A stretch of 64,000 bases of DNA from Malacoraja senta (Eukaryota), in NCBI GenBank assembly GCA_038087875.1, contig CM075977.1:80600001-80664000 (forward strand), read 5' to 3'. The position numbers and the translations under genes are program-made. Below, one piece after another: positions 1 through 11,190 of the stretch; position 1 is the stretch's first letter, and every line of letters begins with the position of its first letter. A model generated the notes under the pieces. That model worked only from the letters and a program-made list of their open reading frames with translations, was not told where the DNA came from and searched no databases.

Positions 1-617
1 AGTATAGGAGCAGGGAGGTTCTACTGCAGTTGTACAGGGTCTTGGTGAGACCACACCTGGAGTATTGCGTACAGTTTTGGTCTCCAAATCTGAGGAAGGA
101 CATTATAGCCATAGAGGGAGCGCAGAGAAGGTTCACCAGACTGATTCCTGGGATGTCAGGACTTTCATATGAAGAAAGACTGGATAGACTTGGCTTATAC
201 TCGCTAGAATTTAGGAGATTGAGAGGGGATCTTATAGAAACGTACAAAATTCTTATGGGGTTGGACAGGCTAGATGCAGGAAGATTGTTCCCGATGTTGG
301 GGAAGTCCAGGACAAGGAGTCACAGCTTAAGGATAAGGGGGAAATCCTTTAAGACCGAGATGAGGAAAAACTTTTTCACACAGAGAGTGGTGAATCTCTG
401 GAACTCTCTGCCACAGAGGGTAGTTGACGCCAGTTCATTGGCTATATTTAAGAGGGAGTTAGATGTGGCCCTTGTGGCTAAAGGGATCAGGGGGTATGGA
501 GAGAAGGCAGGTACGGGATACTGAGTTGGATGATCAGCCATGATCATATTGAATGGCGGTGCAGGCTCGAAGGGCCGAATGGCCTACTCCTGCACCTATT
601 TTCTATGTATCTATGTA
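1..617 (+). mobile_element. CR1/HER1-type LINE, 3' end (RT C-terminus and tail)
   Basis: ORF 30-524 LVRPHLEYCVQFWSP...LRGDLIETYKI...FFTQRVVNLWNSLP is the CR1 ORF2 C-terminus; ends in ...GAATGGCCTACTCCTGC...TTCTATGTATCTATGT tail. Confidence 0.9.
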
Positions 618-720
618 ACACCTGTCCCTAAACCTCCTCCCTCGACTCTGTCCAGAGACCCCGACAGTCCCAAAGATCATAGAGCGGAGCAAGATAGTCC
701 ACTCCTCGAAAAAGCCGTAG

Positions 721-1273
721 TGAAAGAGCTAATAGTCAAATGTAATAGTCAAATCTAAAATGGAGTCGTTCTTCTACAAAAGCATGGACTAGGAGAACAA
801 AAGAATGACTTGGTGCCAAGTCTGAATGACTTCGTAAATTATACGGAACACAATATGGAGGACAGGTTGTCTTTTTAATAAAGAAATTAAGATGGAATCC
901 TGCAGTAATAACATGTGCTTCATTCAAGGCCATAAAGAAGCCGATTGAAAAAATAGCTGACGCTCCAGAGATAAGTAATAACTTGTTATTGGATGAGCTT
1001 GATTTGGACCTAGCTTTTCTTATATTCTGAAAGGCTACAGAATCTTTCAGTCATGCCATATTCAGACTTGGTAGGAGTGTTTTACTAATAAGAAAAATGT
1101 ATAATTGTGCTAACTTTCCTTTGTTCTGAGAGTGGAGCCCGAGAAGCACTGAGCAACGTTTGTGCTCATTGTAGATGTTTGCCGCTCCCGTCTGACGAAT
1201 CAATTAAAGATTGCCATGGTTTACCTTTAACAGTTTTTGTTGCTATCTGCTTTATAAGAAATGAACTTTGACA
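721..1273 (+). repeat. 5' LTR of ERV-like element
   Basis: TG...CA ends; highly similar to 16451-16993 with scattered substitutions and a few indels; ATTAAA near 1203. Confidence 0.92.
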
Positions 1274-1275
1274 TT

Positions 1276-1295
1276 TGGCTGTAGTCGGCAGGGAT
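1276..1295 (+). promoter_or_regulatory. Primer binding site, tRNA-Ser
   Basis: TGGCTGTAGTCGGCAGGGAT, 2 nt after the LTR; matches the complement of the vertebrate tRNA-Ser(AGA/TGA) 3' end, TGGCGTAGTCGGCAGGAT, with two 1-nt insertions. Confidence 0.8.
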
Positions 1296-2730
1296 CTCGC
1301 TGGGACCAGCAACTGATGACTGAGTAAGAGGGTGCATTTGACCGGGATCTGAAGGGGAGAAAGCTGAGCTCTAGTCGGACCTTTTGAGTCCGGTCTCCCG
1401 AAGAAGTTCCCGGTAAAAAACTAAGGTCCCTCAGTCTGAGGTTGGACAGGGTGTCTTGAAAAGAAGTGTATTGAAAAGATAATGTGTCTTGAAGTGACAG
1501 TGTTTTAAAGAGAGTGAGAGAGAGAGATTAGGGCTAAGGCAGAGAAAGAAAGCGCTGATAAGAGTTCGGAGAACAAAGCCGGTACCGGTAAGTCCCCTCG
1601 AGGTCCTCTCGAGAACCTATGTCAGGCAATGGCGATCCTGTCTATAGAAGGGGGAAGTGGCCAATCACAATCTGGATCACTGTCCATTCACAGCTCAGAC
1701 CACTCCCATTTTGAACATTAGCCCGCCCACCATTACATTAAACTACTCCCCGTGTTCATTTTAAATTCTCACTCCAACAGAAGATGACTTTTGCAAACCT
1801 TCCCAGTCCCAGTTCACAAAATCTGCCAGGGGAATTTCCTAGTTTGCTAATTCTGCAAATTGGTCCCGAGAAACAAAGATTCTTTTAAACAGAACGGATT
1901 TTGTCAGACAAGGGAGGGGAATGTAAAGTTAATACAGAGAGACGTCTCTAATGTTTTGCACAATTTTTTGGAAATGATGGGGGTTGCACCACTTTGGCTA
2001 ACTCCTCTCGGATAAATGTGTACCTGATGTATATTTTCCCTGTTTTTTGTACTATTTTGCCTGTTTTTTGTACTTGTTTTCTTTTAATGTTCGAAGGGAG
2101 GTATTTGTTCCAAACCCAAAGCTATTTCAAAAATACTCTAGGATGTTCTTTCAAGTTGTCACTCATCCAAGTTCTGGCTCTTATCAGATTAGCCAGATCT
2201 CCATGTTCTTTCGAGTTGTCACTCATCCAAGTTCTGTTTCTTATCTGATTAGAGTGCTAAGTGTTCTTTTCAAGGCTATGCTGCCAAAAAACTGGCAGCT
2301 CTATCCTACTGTGTTCAGGATTTTGCTATGTCTGTTTAATTTCTCTAAATTTCTTGACATCCAGTCCCAGGCTATATTTATATCTATATAACTAAAAGTC
2401 GCATCTTGACCACTTCCTGTCTGCACTGTATATTGATTTTAGAAAAAATCGCTACCCTATATCGCTATGATTTTTGGCCATCTTACTCACAGTCCACCCT
2501 CGAGGAATTTTCCGATCGATGTAAAACAAAAGTTGAGTGTTTAAAAAATCTTGAGATCAGCTGATTGGTCCTCTCGCCTGTCAATCACCATGATGAAGGT
2601 AACTCCCCTTCCGGGGGGAGGGCAGGACCTATAAAACCCCGGATGCCTGGACGTGAGTCAGTCACTCTGAAAGATCGCGAGGGAGAGGCCACAACTCTGA
2701 TTCTGCTGTGAGTCTACTGAACTGTGAGTC

Positions 2731-4240
2731 TAAGATTTGAGAAGTTTTCCCTCATGCTACAATCAACAAAACCAAAGATCTGCATTTTGGACATTTTTTA
2801 TATGGGACTGGGACTGAGAGAGAGAAAAGCTGCGGTCAGTTTTAACAAGGGATTGTGTTTCTTATTTTCTTTTTGTGCTTTTGTACTTGAATTCTGTCCT
2901 TGATTTGTGTACTGTGGTGTTTTTATATTTAATTTACTCCGATTATGTGTTTTGTATTTCTGTGATTCTATGCCTTGTAAGGTGTCCTTGGGTTTTAGAA
3001 AGGCGCTGGTAAATAAAATGAATTATTATTATTATTATAAGGGATGTCACAATCAGTGGGTCCCAAGATGGCCGCGGGACCTCGTGACCAGCCACAAAAG
3101 CGAAACCCCACAGCCCAGTCTCTGGGTTTCTGCAAAGTTACGGCCTGAACAATAGATGGATATTGGCCGTGCAGAAACCCCCGAAACCAGGTCGAAGTCC
3201 AGACACTGGGGCGCTGACATCAGCAGGCATCACAATGCCGCAAGCCGACCTACATAGTTAATCTCGTTAAGGGAGCACAATAGCCCATAGAAACCTACCT
3301 GGCCGGTGATGGGAAAACCAGTTAAACCCATTACCTCTTATCGAGAAACAAATTAACAGACCGTCTAGCCATCACCGGTACTCCCGGACATAACGCAGAA
3401 CAAAGAGAGAGCTCGAAACCCATCTTTTAAGCAAAGAGATCCCGAGATCTGACGGGAGATAGGATGGGTCAGGATTAGAATAACTGGCCACGATTTTTGG
3501 GTTTAAGAAGAAAAAGGAGGGAGACACACAGGAGTCACTGAACGAATCTGGAGACTTGCGGAGAGGACACAGGACAGCGCTTAAAAAGTACACGGTGTCT
3601 AGTGTGACACACACTCCGGCTGGAGTCCCTGCCACGTGGAAAGAAAAGGAAAGCAGTAGGACCCCTGGGCGAGGTGAACCCCCGGGACCACCCGAAAGAC
3701 CGAGACGACCCTTCCACAGCCACCTAATCGGAGGAAGCAGCACGACCAGCCAGTAACCTCAGTAATCGCCCCATGGTGAGCATGTACCCCGATCCTGCAC
3801 ATCCTGGACATAGTTTAGTGTAGAGGGGAGGGGGAGGGGGTTATATTAACGTGGGTGTAAGATGTGCTGGCAAATTTTACGATGTGCCGTACGTTCCCCA
3901 TCCCGCACTCGAGTATTGTATCGTAGTTTTTGCGTCTATGATCCCGAAACAGGAACTGTAATTATGCATATGCCTTATAGAAATGTGTCAAAGGATTCAT
4001 GTACCGTAGTCCCAACCGCTAAATAAAAGTTTTTTTCCTGTTTATCCCTGGTCTTCAAATCTGGTCTGGTTGAATTTTCTGCACTATCAACGCTCCTGCA
4101 ACTAAGTCCAGTGTCTAGAACCGTAGGGGGTGAGTGGGTCGAGCCACTCACGGGGAACCAGTGTGCGCGGCCTGGTCGAGGGACCAGAGCAAACCACAGG
4201 GACCTTAGGTCGGGCGAAAGCTCGACGCAGAAAACCCTTA
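2731..4240 (+). mobile_element. Solo-LTR-like insertion with TAAG...CTTA ends
   Basis: Interrupts a GTCTACTGAACTGTGA tandem array that resumes at 4241; AATAAA at 4022; three hairpins at 4130-4226. Confidence 0.45.
2854..3038 (+). mobile_element. 5'-truncated LINE 3' tail
   Basis: Ends AATAAAATGA(ATT)n; flanked by 7-bp TSD AAGGGAT (2847-2853 and 3039-3045). Confidence 0.75.
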
Positions 4241-4454
4241 GTCTACTGAACTGTGAGTCTACTGAGCTGTGAATCTACTGAACTGTGAGTCTACCCTTTA
4301 TGTGCTTTATGTGGTTATGTGCTTTATGTGGTTAACCCTTTATGTGCTTGCAACAAATTACTTGTTAGCCAGCAATGTGCTTGCAATGATTGATGATGTG
4401 TTAACCCTTAATGTGCTTGCAATAAATGATTTGTTAGCCCTAAATGAAATGAAA

Positions 4455-5052
4455 TGAAATGAGTTGTTTGGCCTGCCCTGTGCTTGAAATTGAAATGGAA
4501 ATGAAATGAGTTGTTTGGCCTGCCCTGTGCTTTTGCTTATCTTTGTTTTGCTTGAGCTCACCTGAAATGAAAGCAAATGGATTGTATTGTTGGCTGGCCC
4601 CGCCTGCCCTGTGCTTTGCCTTTGCTTTGCTTGAGCTCACCTGAAACAAAAGCAAATGGATTGTATTGTTGGCTGGCCCCTCCTGCCCTGTGCTTTTGTT
4701 TTTGCTTTGCCTTTGCTTTGCTTGAGCTCAACTGAAATGAAAGCAAATGGATTGTATTGTTGGCTGGCCAGGCCTGCCCTGTGCTTTTGCTTTGCCTTTG
4801 CTTTGCTTGACCTCACCTGAAATGAAAGCAAATGGATTGTATTGTTGGTTGGCCAGGCCTGCCCTGTGCTTTTGCTTTGCCTTTACTTGAACTCACCTGA
4901 AATGACAGCAAATGGATTGTATTGTTGGCTGGCCCCGCCTGCCCTGTGCTTTTGCTTTGCCTTTGCTTTGCTTGAGCTCACCTGAAATGAAAACAAATGA
5001 ATTGTATTGTTGGCTGGCCCTGCCTGCCCTGTGCTATTGCTTTTGCTTTGCC
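4455..5052. repeat. Minisatellite, ~80-90 bp unit, ~7 copies
   Basis: Repeated GCTTGAGCTCACCTGAAATGAAAGCAAATGGATTGTATTGTTGGCTGGCC...CCTGCCCTGTGCTTTTGC. Confidence 0.9.
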
Positions 5053-5085
5053 TGGGCTGGACTTGGGGAAACACCCCTACACCAA

Positions 5086-5136
5086 GACGTCCTGAATAAG
5101 GCTGACAACTGTCCTTACGTTTATAACACTGACCAA
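5086..5136 (+). pseudogene. THBS2: Thrombospondin (THBS2-like) type 3 repeat fragment, upstream piece
   Basis: [17 protein letters not shown] matches THBS2 [17 protein letters not shown]. Confidence 0.6.
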
Positions 5137-5137
5137 G

Positions 5138-5483
5138 ATGGATCCATTACCACAGGTTCTTGAAGTAACCAGAAAAAGATGCCAGCTTATCCCAGAGCTA
5201 CAAACCGAGCTGAAACAGATGAAAAATGTGCTCACCAATGCCCAGTCTGAAAATGCCCATCTCGTTTCCATCACACAGCAGCTGAAGGAGAGCAATCAGG
5301 TTGTGGAGTTGAAAAGCCTTGATTTTGGAGTGCAACTCAGTTACAGAACTGGATTGAGGTAAATCCCAGCCGGGATCAAAGTGAGGAGCTGAGTTGGGAT
5401 GGATAAGACAGCCAGTTGGCATTGATGTAGAAGGAGGAAGAATGCTGGTTTCACACGCTGATGGACAACTTGGGAGAAAGAAC
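5138..5483 (+). pseudogene. CRACR2A/CRACR2B/RAB44-family mRNA fragments (coiled coil and post-EF-hand segment)
   Basis: Coiled-coil [31 protein letters not shown], then EEECWFHTLMDNLG resembling CRACR2A DEEAQFRMLMDRLG; contains stops. Confidence 0.5.
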
Positions 5484-5495
5484 GACTCGATTTGT

Positions 5496-5910
5496 GAAAA
5501 GAAACTACATTTGTGATGAATGTGGACAGACTTTCAAACAACTGTCAGTTCAACAAATGCGCCGTACTGGAGCAAAACCTTTGCAGTGTGAAGTTTGTGG
5601 TTACCAGTGCAGGCAAAGAGCATCCTTGAAATACCATATGACCAAGCACAAGGTAGAAGCTGAACTTGAATTTGCTTGTGACCAATGTGAGAAGCGGTTC
5701 GAGAAGGCTCACAATTTGAATGTTCATATGTCCATGGTTCATCCCTTGTCCCAGAATACAGATGAAAGCAAACCTATTGAAATTGAATCGTCAGCTAAGT
5801 ATAGAAACATTAATTAAGCAGGAACCCAGTTAATAGTTATTCAACAGCTAAATGATGAGTCTAAGGAATCTTGCACCATTTTTCAGTGTCAGCAAGACAC
5901 AAAGGAATAA
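5496..5910 (+). pseudogene. ZNF276: ZNF276 processed fragment, zinc fingers 3-5 and C-terminus
   Basis: RNYICDECGQTFKQ...GAKPLQCEVCGYQCRQRASLKYHMTKH...FACDQCEKRFEKAHNLNVHMSMVHPL is near-identical to ZNF276; ZF3 has lost its His ligands; no introns. Confidence 0.9.
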
Positions 5911-6099
5911 CATGAACAAAAACGTAATCAAGTCAGGCTCACCTAAAATAGGTAGAGCAAAGGAAAGGTTAGTGTGGTAAACATAGTTATGAGCATTATA
6001 GCACACCAGTTCCCGAGACAAAGTCCAATGTCTGCAATGGGATAGAGGCGAATTAGTCAGAATCCTTGCAATTGGAAGGACTGCTCAGTACTCTGATAA

Positions 6100-6262
6100 C
6101 AGAGGGACACAGTTACATCCTGGACATGCATTCAAGTCGCAGCATTGTTTTGAATGAGGGACAGTGCCCATCCAGTAGAAATAAGGACTCAATGGAGGAA
6201 GTTCTGGATGGTTCAATAACCCTTTCACCTCGGAATGGAACAGTGACTCAAAATGGTGAGGA
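6100..6262 (+). pseudogene. ZNF276: ZNF276 processed fragment, middle region, left of gypsy insertion
   Basis: EGHSYILDMHSS resembles ZNF276 QGHDYTMDTSSS; rejoins 14681+ in frame (NGE|GDNVVK) when the gypsy element and one TSD are removed. Confidence 0.6.
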
Positions 6263-6548
6263 TGTAGCGCACCTGGTGGTGCCTTGTGGTAATCGAACCC
6301 TCGGTGTTCGCTGAGGGAGTCTCATGAGCGCAGGTGTTCTATTGGCTGTTTGTTTTTGCTGTAACTGCCAGTAACTGTCATTCTAGCACCACACTTGTGG
6401 AAATAACATTGTTTTTGTTGGCTGTCTTATCGACCAGAGTTTATTCATTGATTTACTGTTTCAAAATAAAACCCTTTGAATTCACTCACTGTCTCGATTC
6501 GCCAAACTGGTGACCCCGGCGCGTCCACTCATTTATTGGACGCCAAGA

Positions 6549-7186
6549 ATGCAAGCCGCCGCCATTCCTGACGCTCATCAGAATGCCGTTGGCCTCAAAC
6601 TACCCGTGTTCTGGGCCGAACAGCCACAGGTTTGGTTCGCCCACGTAGAAGCGCAATTCCATCTCCGCAACATCGTGGTAGACGACACCAAATACTTCCA
6701 TGTCGTCGGCGCGCTCACACAGGAGCCGGCGCTCGCTAAATACGAAGGCCTCAAAGCCCTCCTTCTCCGCACGTACGAGCTGAGCCACAGAGACCGCGCC
6801 GCCCGCTTCTTACACATGGACGGGTTGGGCGATCGCAAGCCATCCACGCTGATGGCTGAAATGCTCGCCCTGATGGACGGCCAACGCCCGTGTCTGCTCT
6901 TCGATGCCGATTTCATGCTCGCCGGTGCCGATTTCGCTGACCCCATACAGCTTGCCGAGAGGGCCGACGAACTCTGGCTAGCAAAACAGCAAGATGGCGG
7001 CTCCATCAACCGGGTCTCCGCGCCAGTCACCTCAGCAGGACCGTGGCGACGCCCCGCCCACTGCTTCCATCGCAGAGCCACAGCCACGCGACGGGGACCG
7101 GGGTAAGCGCAAATGGTGCTTCTAGAACCTCCGCTGGGGTGCTGAAGCTCGATGCTGCCGTCAACCCTGCTCATTTTAGGGAAATG
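6549..7186 (+). pseudogene. gypsy gag remnant
   Basis: NAVGLKLPVFWAEQPQVWFAHVEAQF...LGDRKPSTLM; WCF*NLRWGAEARCCRQPC (CHCC knuckle) in a shifted frame. Confidence 0.85.
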
Positions 7187-7554
7187 CAGGGCTCTCGCTT
7201 AACCTTTTTTCCCTGTTGCCAGCCGGGCAACCTCGGCAGCCTTTTAGGTTGCCAAATTACAGTTTAGGTGGTCATTTCAGACGGCTTGCATGACGCGTGC
7301 GATAATGTGCTCAGACGAAGTGCTTAGTTACCAGTCGGAATTATGGTCAACGAAGCATTCACATATTATTTCTGCTTCAAATGAAGTCACAAACTAAACA
7401 TATTCACCAATCAAGACATGATATATACCACAATGACATGCAGCAACATTACAATACAGTATCTCATCTCTTTTTACACGTTGCAATGAATGCAATTTCT
7501 ATTATCTCTTTCCACTTCCAAACAATAATATGGTTATTCAGCGTATGATGAATC

Positions 7555-8005
7555 TCGGTGAGACCAAGCGCAGGCTTGGCGATCGCTTCGCACAACACCT
7601 CCACTCAGATCGCAATAACCAGCCTGATCTCCCGGTGACTCAACACTTCAACTCCCCCTCCCATTCCGAATCCGACCTTTCTGTCCTGGGCCTCCTCCAT
7701 GGCCAGAGTGAGGCCCTCCGCAAATTGGAGGAACAGCACCTCATATTTTGCTTGGGTAGTTTACACCCCAGCGGTATGAACATTGGCTTCTCCAATTTCA
7801 GGTAGTCCTTGCTTTCTCCCTCCTTCCTCTCCCATTCCCAGCTCTCCCACAGTCTACTGTCTCCGCCTCTTCCTTTCTTTTTCCCGCCCCCCACCCCCCC
7901 CCGACATCAGTCTGAAGAAGGGTCTCGACCCAAAACGTCGCCTATTTCCTTCGCTCCATAGATGCTGCCTCACCTGCTGAGTTTCTCCAGCATTTTTGTC
8001 TACCC
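7555..8005 (+). mobile_element. Penelope-like element 3' fragment (GIY-YIG end and pLTR)
   Basis: GETKRRLGDRFAQHL...HFN...LEEQHLIF.LGSLHPSGMN; near-identical to 47195-47640. Confidence 0.85.
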
Positions 8006-8009
8006 TTTC

Positions 8010-8232
8010 ACACAAGTTCTGTTATCCCACTTACCTTACCCACTCCCTGCACATTAGGGGCAATTTTACAGAGACAAGTTAACCTACAAAGCCAATGCGT
8101 CTCTGGGATGTGGGCGGAAACCCCCATGCTTGCAGGGAGACTGTGTAAATTCAACACAGACAGTGCTCGAGAACAGGATCGAACACAGATCTCTGGCGTG
8201 TGAGGCAGCAAGTCCACCAGCTGTGCCACTAT
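8010..8232 (-). mobile_element. tRNA-derived SINE
   Basis: Minus strand GTGGCACAGCTGG...GTTCGATCC (A/B boxes), then a V-SINE-like body. Confidence 0.6.
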
Positions 8233-9671
8233 ATTTTATTTTCCAACACACAAAAAATTATACGTTGTGGTAAAAAAAAAAGAAACTATCCATTTTCAGT
8301 CTTAAATCTCTAAGTGATGCTATGTCCCCCTTTACAGCTACTGTATGTTTTAATTCACTTCAAGGCTATTGGGGCAGTACATTGGCCATAAATTTGCTGC
8401 CTAAAATTGCCAGAGACCCGTAATTGATCCTGAATATGGGTGTTGTCTGTATGGAGTTTTGTTTTCTCGTTTATAACATTGTTTACAGAGTACTATGTTT
8501 ACATATTCTGTTGTGCTGTTGCAAGTAAGGATTTCATTGTTCTAACTGGGATGTGAGAGAATAAAACACTCTTGACTTATGTCGCTGATGTGTGGGATAG
8601 AACTAGAGTATGGGTGATCGGTGGTCGGCGTGGACTCGGTGGGCCGAAGGGCCTGTTTCAACACTAAAACCAGAGGAAATGTAAAGAAAGGTTTCTACCT
8701 GAAACGTCAACCAATTCTTTCTATCCAGAGATGCTCGCTGCTCCATGGAGTTCCCCCGCACAATTAAAGCATGGAATAGTCTTCACCCTACCATAGGTAC
8801 CAACCAGGGCAACTAAAGTTAGGGTAGCTTTTTTTTCGCCCAAGAACCCTTTTTTGCTTAAGTCCAAGTCAAGAGAGTTTTATTGTCATGTGTCCCAGAT
8901 AGAGCAATGAAATTCTTGCTTGCTGCAGCACAACAGAATATGTAAACATAATACAGAACAGGAGATAAAAGTTCAGTGTGTCTATATACTATAGACTATA
9001 TATATACACAATAAATAAACAGATAAAAAGCAATAGGCTGTTATTTTTCAGAGTTTGGAGTTTGGTGGTGGTGGGTCCACCAGTTTAAATTCCATTTCGA
9101 ATATTTTTGGAGGACCAGGAAACCAAGAAGCAAGAATTACTCCAGGGAGTTACTCCAGCTTCAGGGAGTGATTCTGCGTTGTTTTTCAGCGGTCGCAGTG
9201 AGGCAGAGACCGGACAGCAATGGCGACCAGAACTCCCCCAATGCAAAGGGAGGGAGAAAGTGGCCGACGCCGACCAGTTGCCGTGGCAGTGCGCATGTGC
9301 AGGACCGCACATGCGCTCAACCTCGGCCGATGATGTGCTCGGCGGCCGGCTGTGCCGAGCTTAGACCCGAGAGCTAGCGCCGAGCGGAGAGCTAGCGCCG
9401 AGAGCCGAGCGTTGACCCGAGAGCCGAGAGCTAGCGCCGAGCGGAGAGCTAGCACCGAGAGTCGAGCGGAGAGCCCAGCGCCGAGCCGAGAGCTAGCGCC
9501 GAGAGCCGAGTGCTAGCGCCGAGCGCTGAGTGGAGAGCAAAATGGCATGGCCTTTAGGTTGCCTGGCGGGACTTTAAGTTGCCACTGGCACCCGGGCAAC
9601 CGCTAATTTCGAGCCCTGAAATGCCTCAGCCGATCGTCTGTAGAGGCGATCGCGATCGGCCCAAACAACCG

Positions 9672-11190
9672 CCTCTATGTCTGTGACCATCACTCGGGCA
9701 GGCGCTTCCTCGTCGACTACGGGGCTATCGTTAGCATCCTCCCGCCGACCAGACGTGACACCCGTGCTGGTAAGCAGGGCCCTGTGCTAATGGCCGTTAA
9801 TAGAAGTACCATTCACACTTATGGCACGCGGACCCTCTCGCTCTCCTTTGATTCCCGCCCATATGAGTGGACTTTCATAGTGGCCGATGTCGCTCAACCG
9901 CTCCTGGATGCCGACGTCCAGCGGGCTTTCTCCCTCCTAGGCGATGAGAGGGGCAGGCGAATGGTTCCGGCATCGGCCCTCGCCTCCACCCAGCCCACAG
10001 GTCAGCGCCGTCACGAGGTCGATGTCCCCTATGCCTCCCTCCTCACCGATTTCCCTGAGCTCCTCACTCCCGGTTTCAGCGCGGCAGCCCCCAAGCACGG
10101 GGTTTTCCATCACATCCCCACCGTGGGCCCTCTGGTACACACCCGGGCGCGCCGTCTTCCACCGGACAAGCTACACATCGCCCGGGAGGAGTTCCAGCTC
10201 ATGGAGGACATGGGGATCGTCCGGCGCTCGGACAGCCCGTGGGCATCACCGCTAAAAATGGTCCCCAAATCATCTGGGGGGTGGAGACCATGTGGGAACT
10301 ATCAGCGTCTGAACGCCATGACAACTGCGGACCACTACCCAGTGCCCCACATCCAGGATTTTTTTTTGCCCACCTCTTCTCTAAAGTCGACCTTGTCCGT
10401 GCCTATAATCAGATTCCAGTTCACTCGGACGACGTTCCCAAGACCACGATAACCCCGTTCAGGTTGTTCGAATGGCTGCGTATGCCCTTTGGATTAAACA
10501 ACGCCGCACAGGCGTTCCAAAGGCGTATGGACAGGGTCGGGAGGGGTCTGCTGTTCGTATTCATTTACCTCGATGACATCCTTGTCGCAAGCCCCACCCA
10601 GGATGAGCACATCGTGCACCTGCGGACTCTCTTCCAGCACCTCGACTACGGCCTCATAATCAACCCCGCCAAGCGCCATTTCGGCCTCCGTTCCATCTCC
10701 TTTCTGGGGCACAGCGTCACACCTCAAGGCGCCGCCCATCTACCCTCGAAGGTGGAGGCCATTCAGCAGTTTCCCTGGCAGCGCACGGTAAAGTGGTTGC
10801 AGGAATTTGTCGGCATGGTGAATTTTTACCACCGCTTCGTGCCGGTAGCTGCCAACATCATGCAAACCCTTTTTCCAGAGCCTCGCAGGCAAGCTCGAAT
10901 GGTCCTCTGAGGCGGACGTGGCGTTCGAGGGTGCCAAGGCAGCCCTGGCCAACGCAACCATGTTGGTCCACCTCAGCCCCAATGGCCCTCACTGTGGACG
11001 CCTCGTACTCGGCTGTGGGCGGCGTCCTGGAGCAGGTCATCGATGGCCGCTGACCTTTTTGCAGCCGTCCCGTACGAGCTCCCGAGCGCAACTACAGCGC
11101 CTTTGACAGAGAGCTCCTGGCGTTGTACCTGGCCATCAGGCACTTCCACTACTTTCTCGAAGGTCGCATTTTCACTGCCTTCACTGACCA
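9672..11190 (+). pseudogene. gypsy pol remnant (protease, RT, RNase H)
   Basis: [15 protein letters not shown]; [12 protein letters not shown]; MPFGLNNAAQAFQR; YLDDILVAS; TVDAS..AVGGVLEQ; multiple frameshifts. Confidence 0.88.

Larger units (their letters stand above)
2383..5065 (+). mobile_element. Non-autonomous Helitron-like insertion (3' end degenerate)
   Basis: 5' TCTATATAACTAAAAGTCGCATCTTG resembles the Helitron 5' end at ~59791 (minus strand); GGGCTGGACTTGG at 5053-5065 resembles the family 3' GGGTCTGCACTTGG but lacks CTAG. Confidence 0.5.
7187..9618 (+). mobile_element. Non-autonomous hAT-like DNA element with 5-bp TSD (copy 1)
   Basis: TIR CAGGGCTC...GAGCCCTG; TSD AAATG at 7182-7186 and 9619-9623; left ~350 bp shared with 28829+. 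Confidence 0.85.

Noticed and set aside
1590-1720. Possible gag matrix remnant (KWP..GSL) in the ERV leader
   Set aside because: Needs a frameshift and is too short to support.
4455-5052. Regular repeats as a CRISPR-like array
   Set aside because: Units are repeated in full with no unique spacers, in a vertebrate context; this is a minisatellite.
5461-5817. Zinc-finger ORF as ZFP91/ZNF692 or as a functional gene
   Set aside because: QRASLKYHMTKH and AHNLNVHMSMVHP are ZNF276-type; ZF3 is damaged, the N-terminus is chimeric and it lies inside an ERV.
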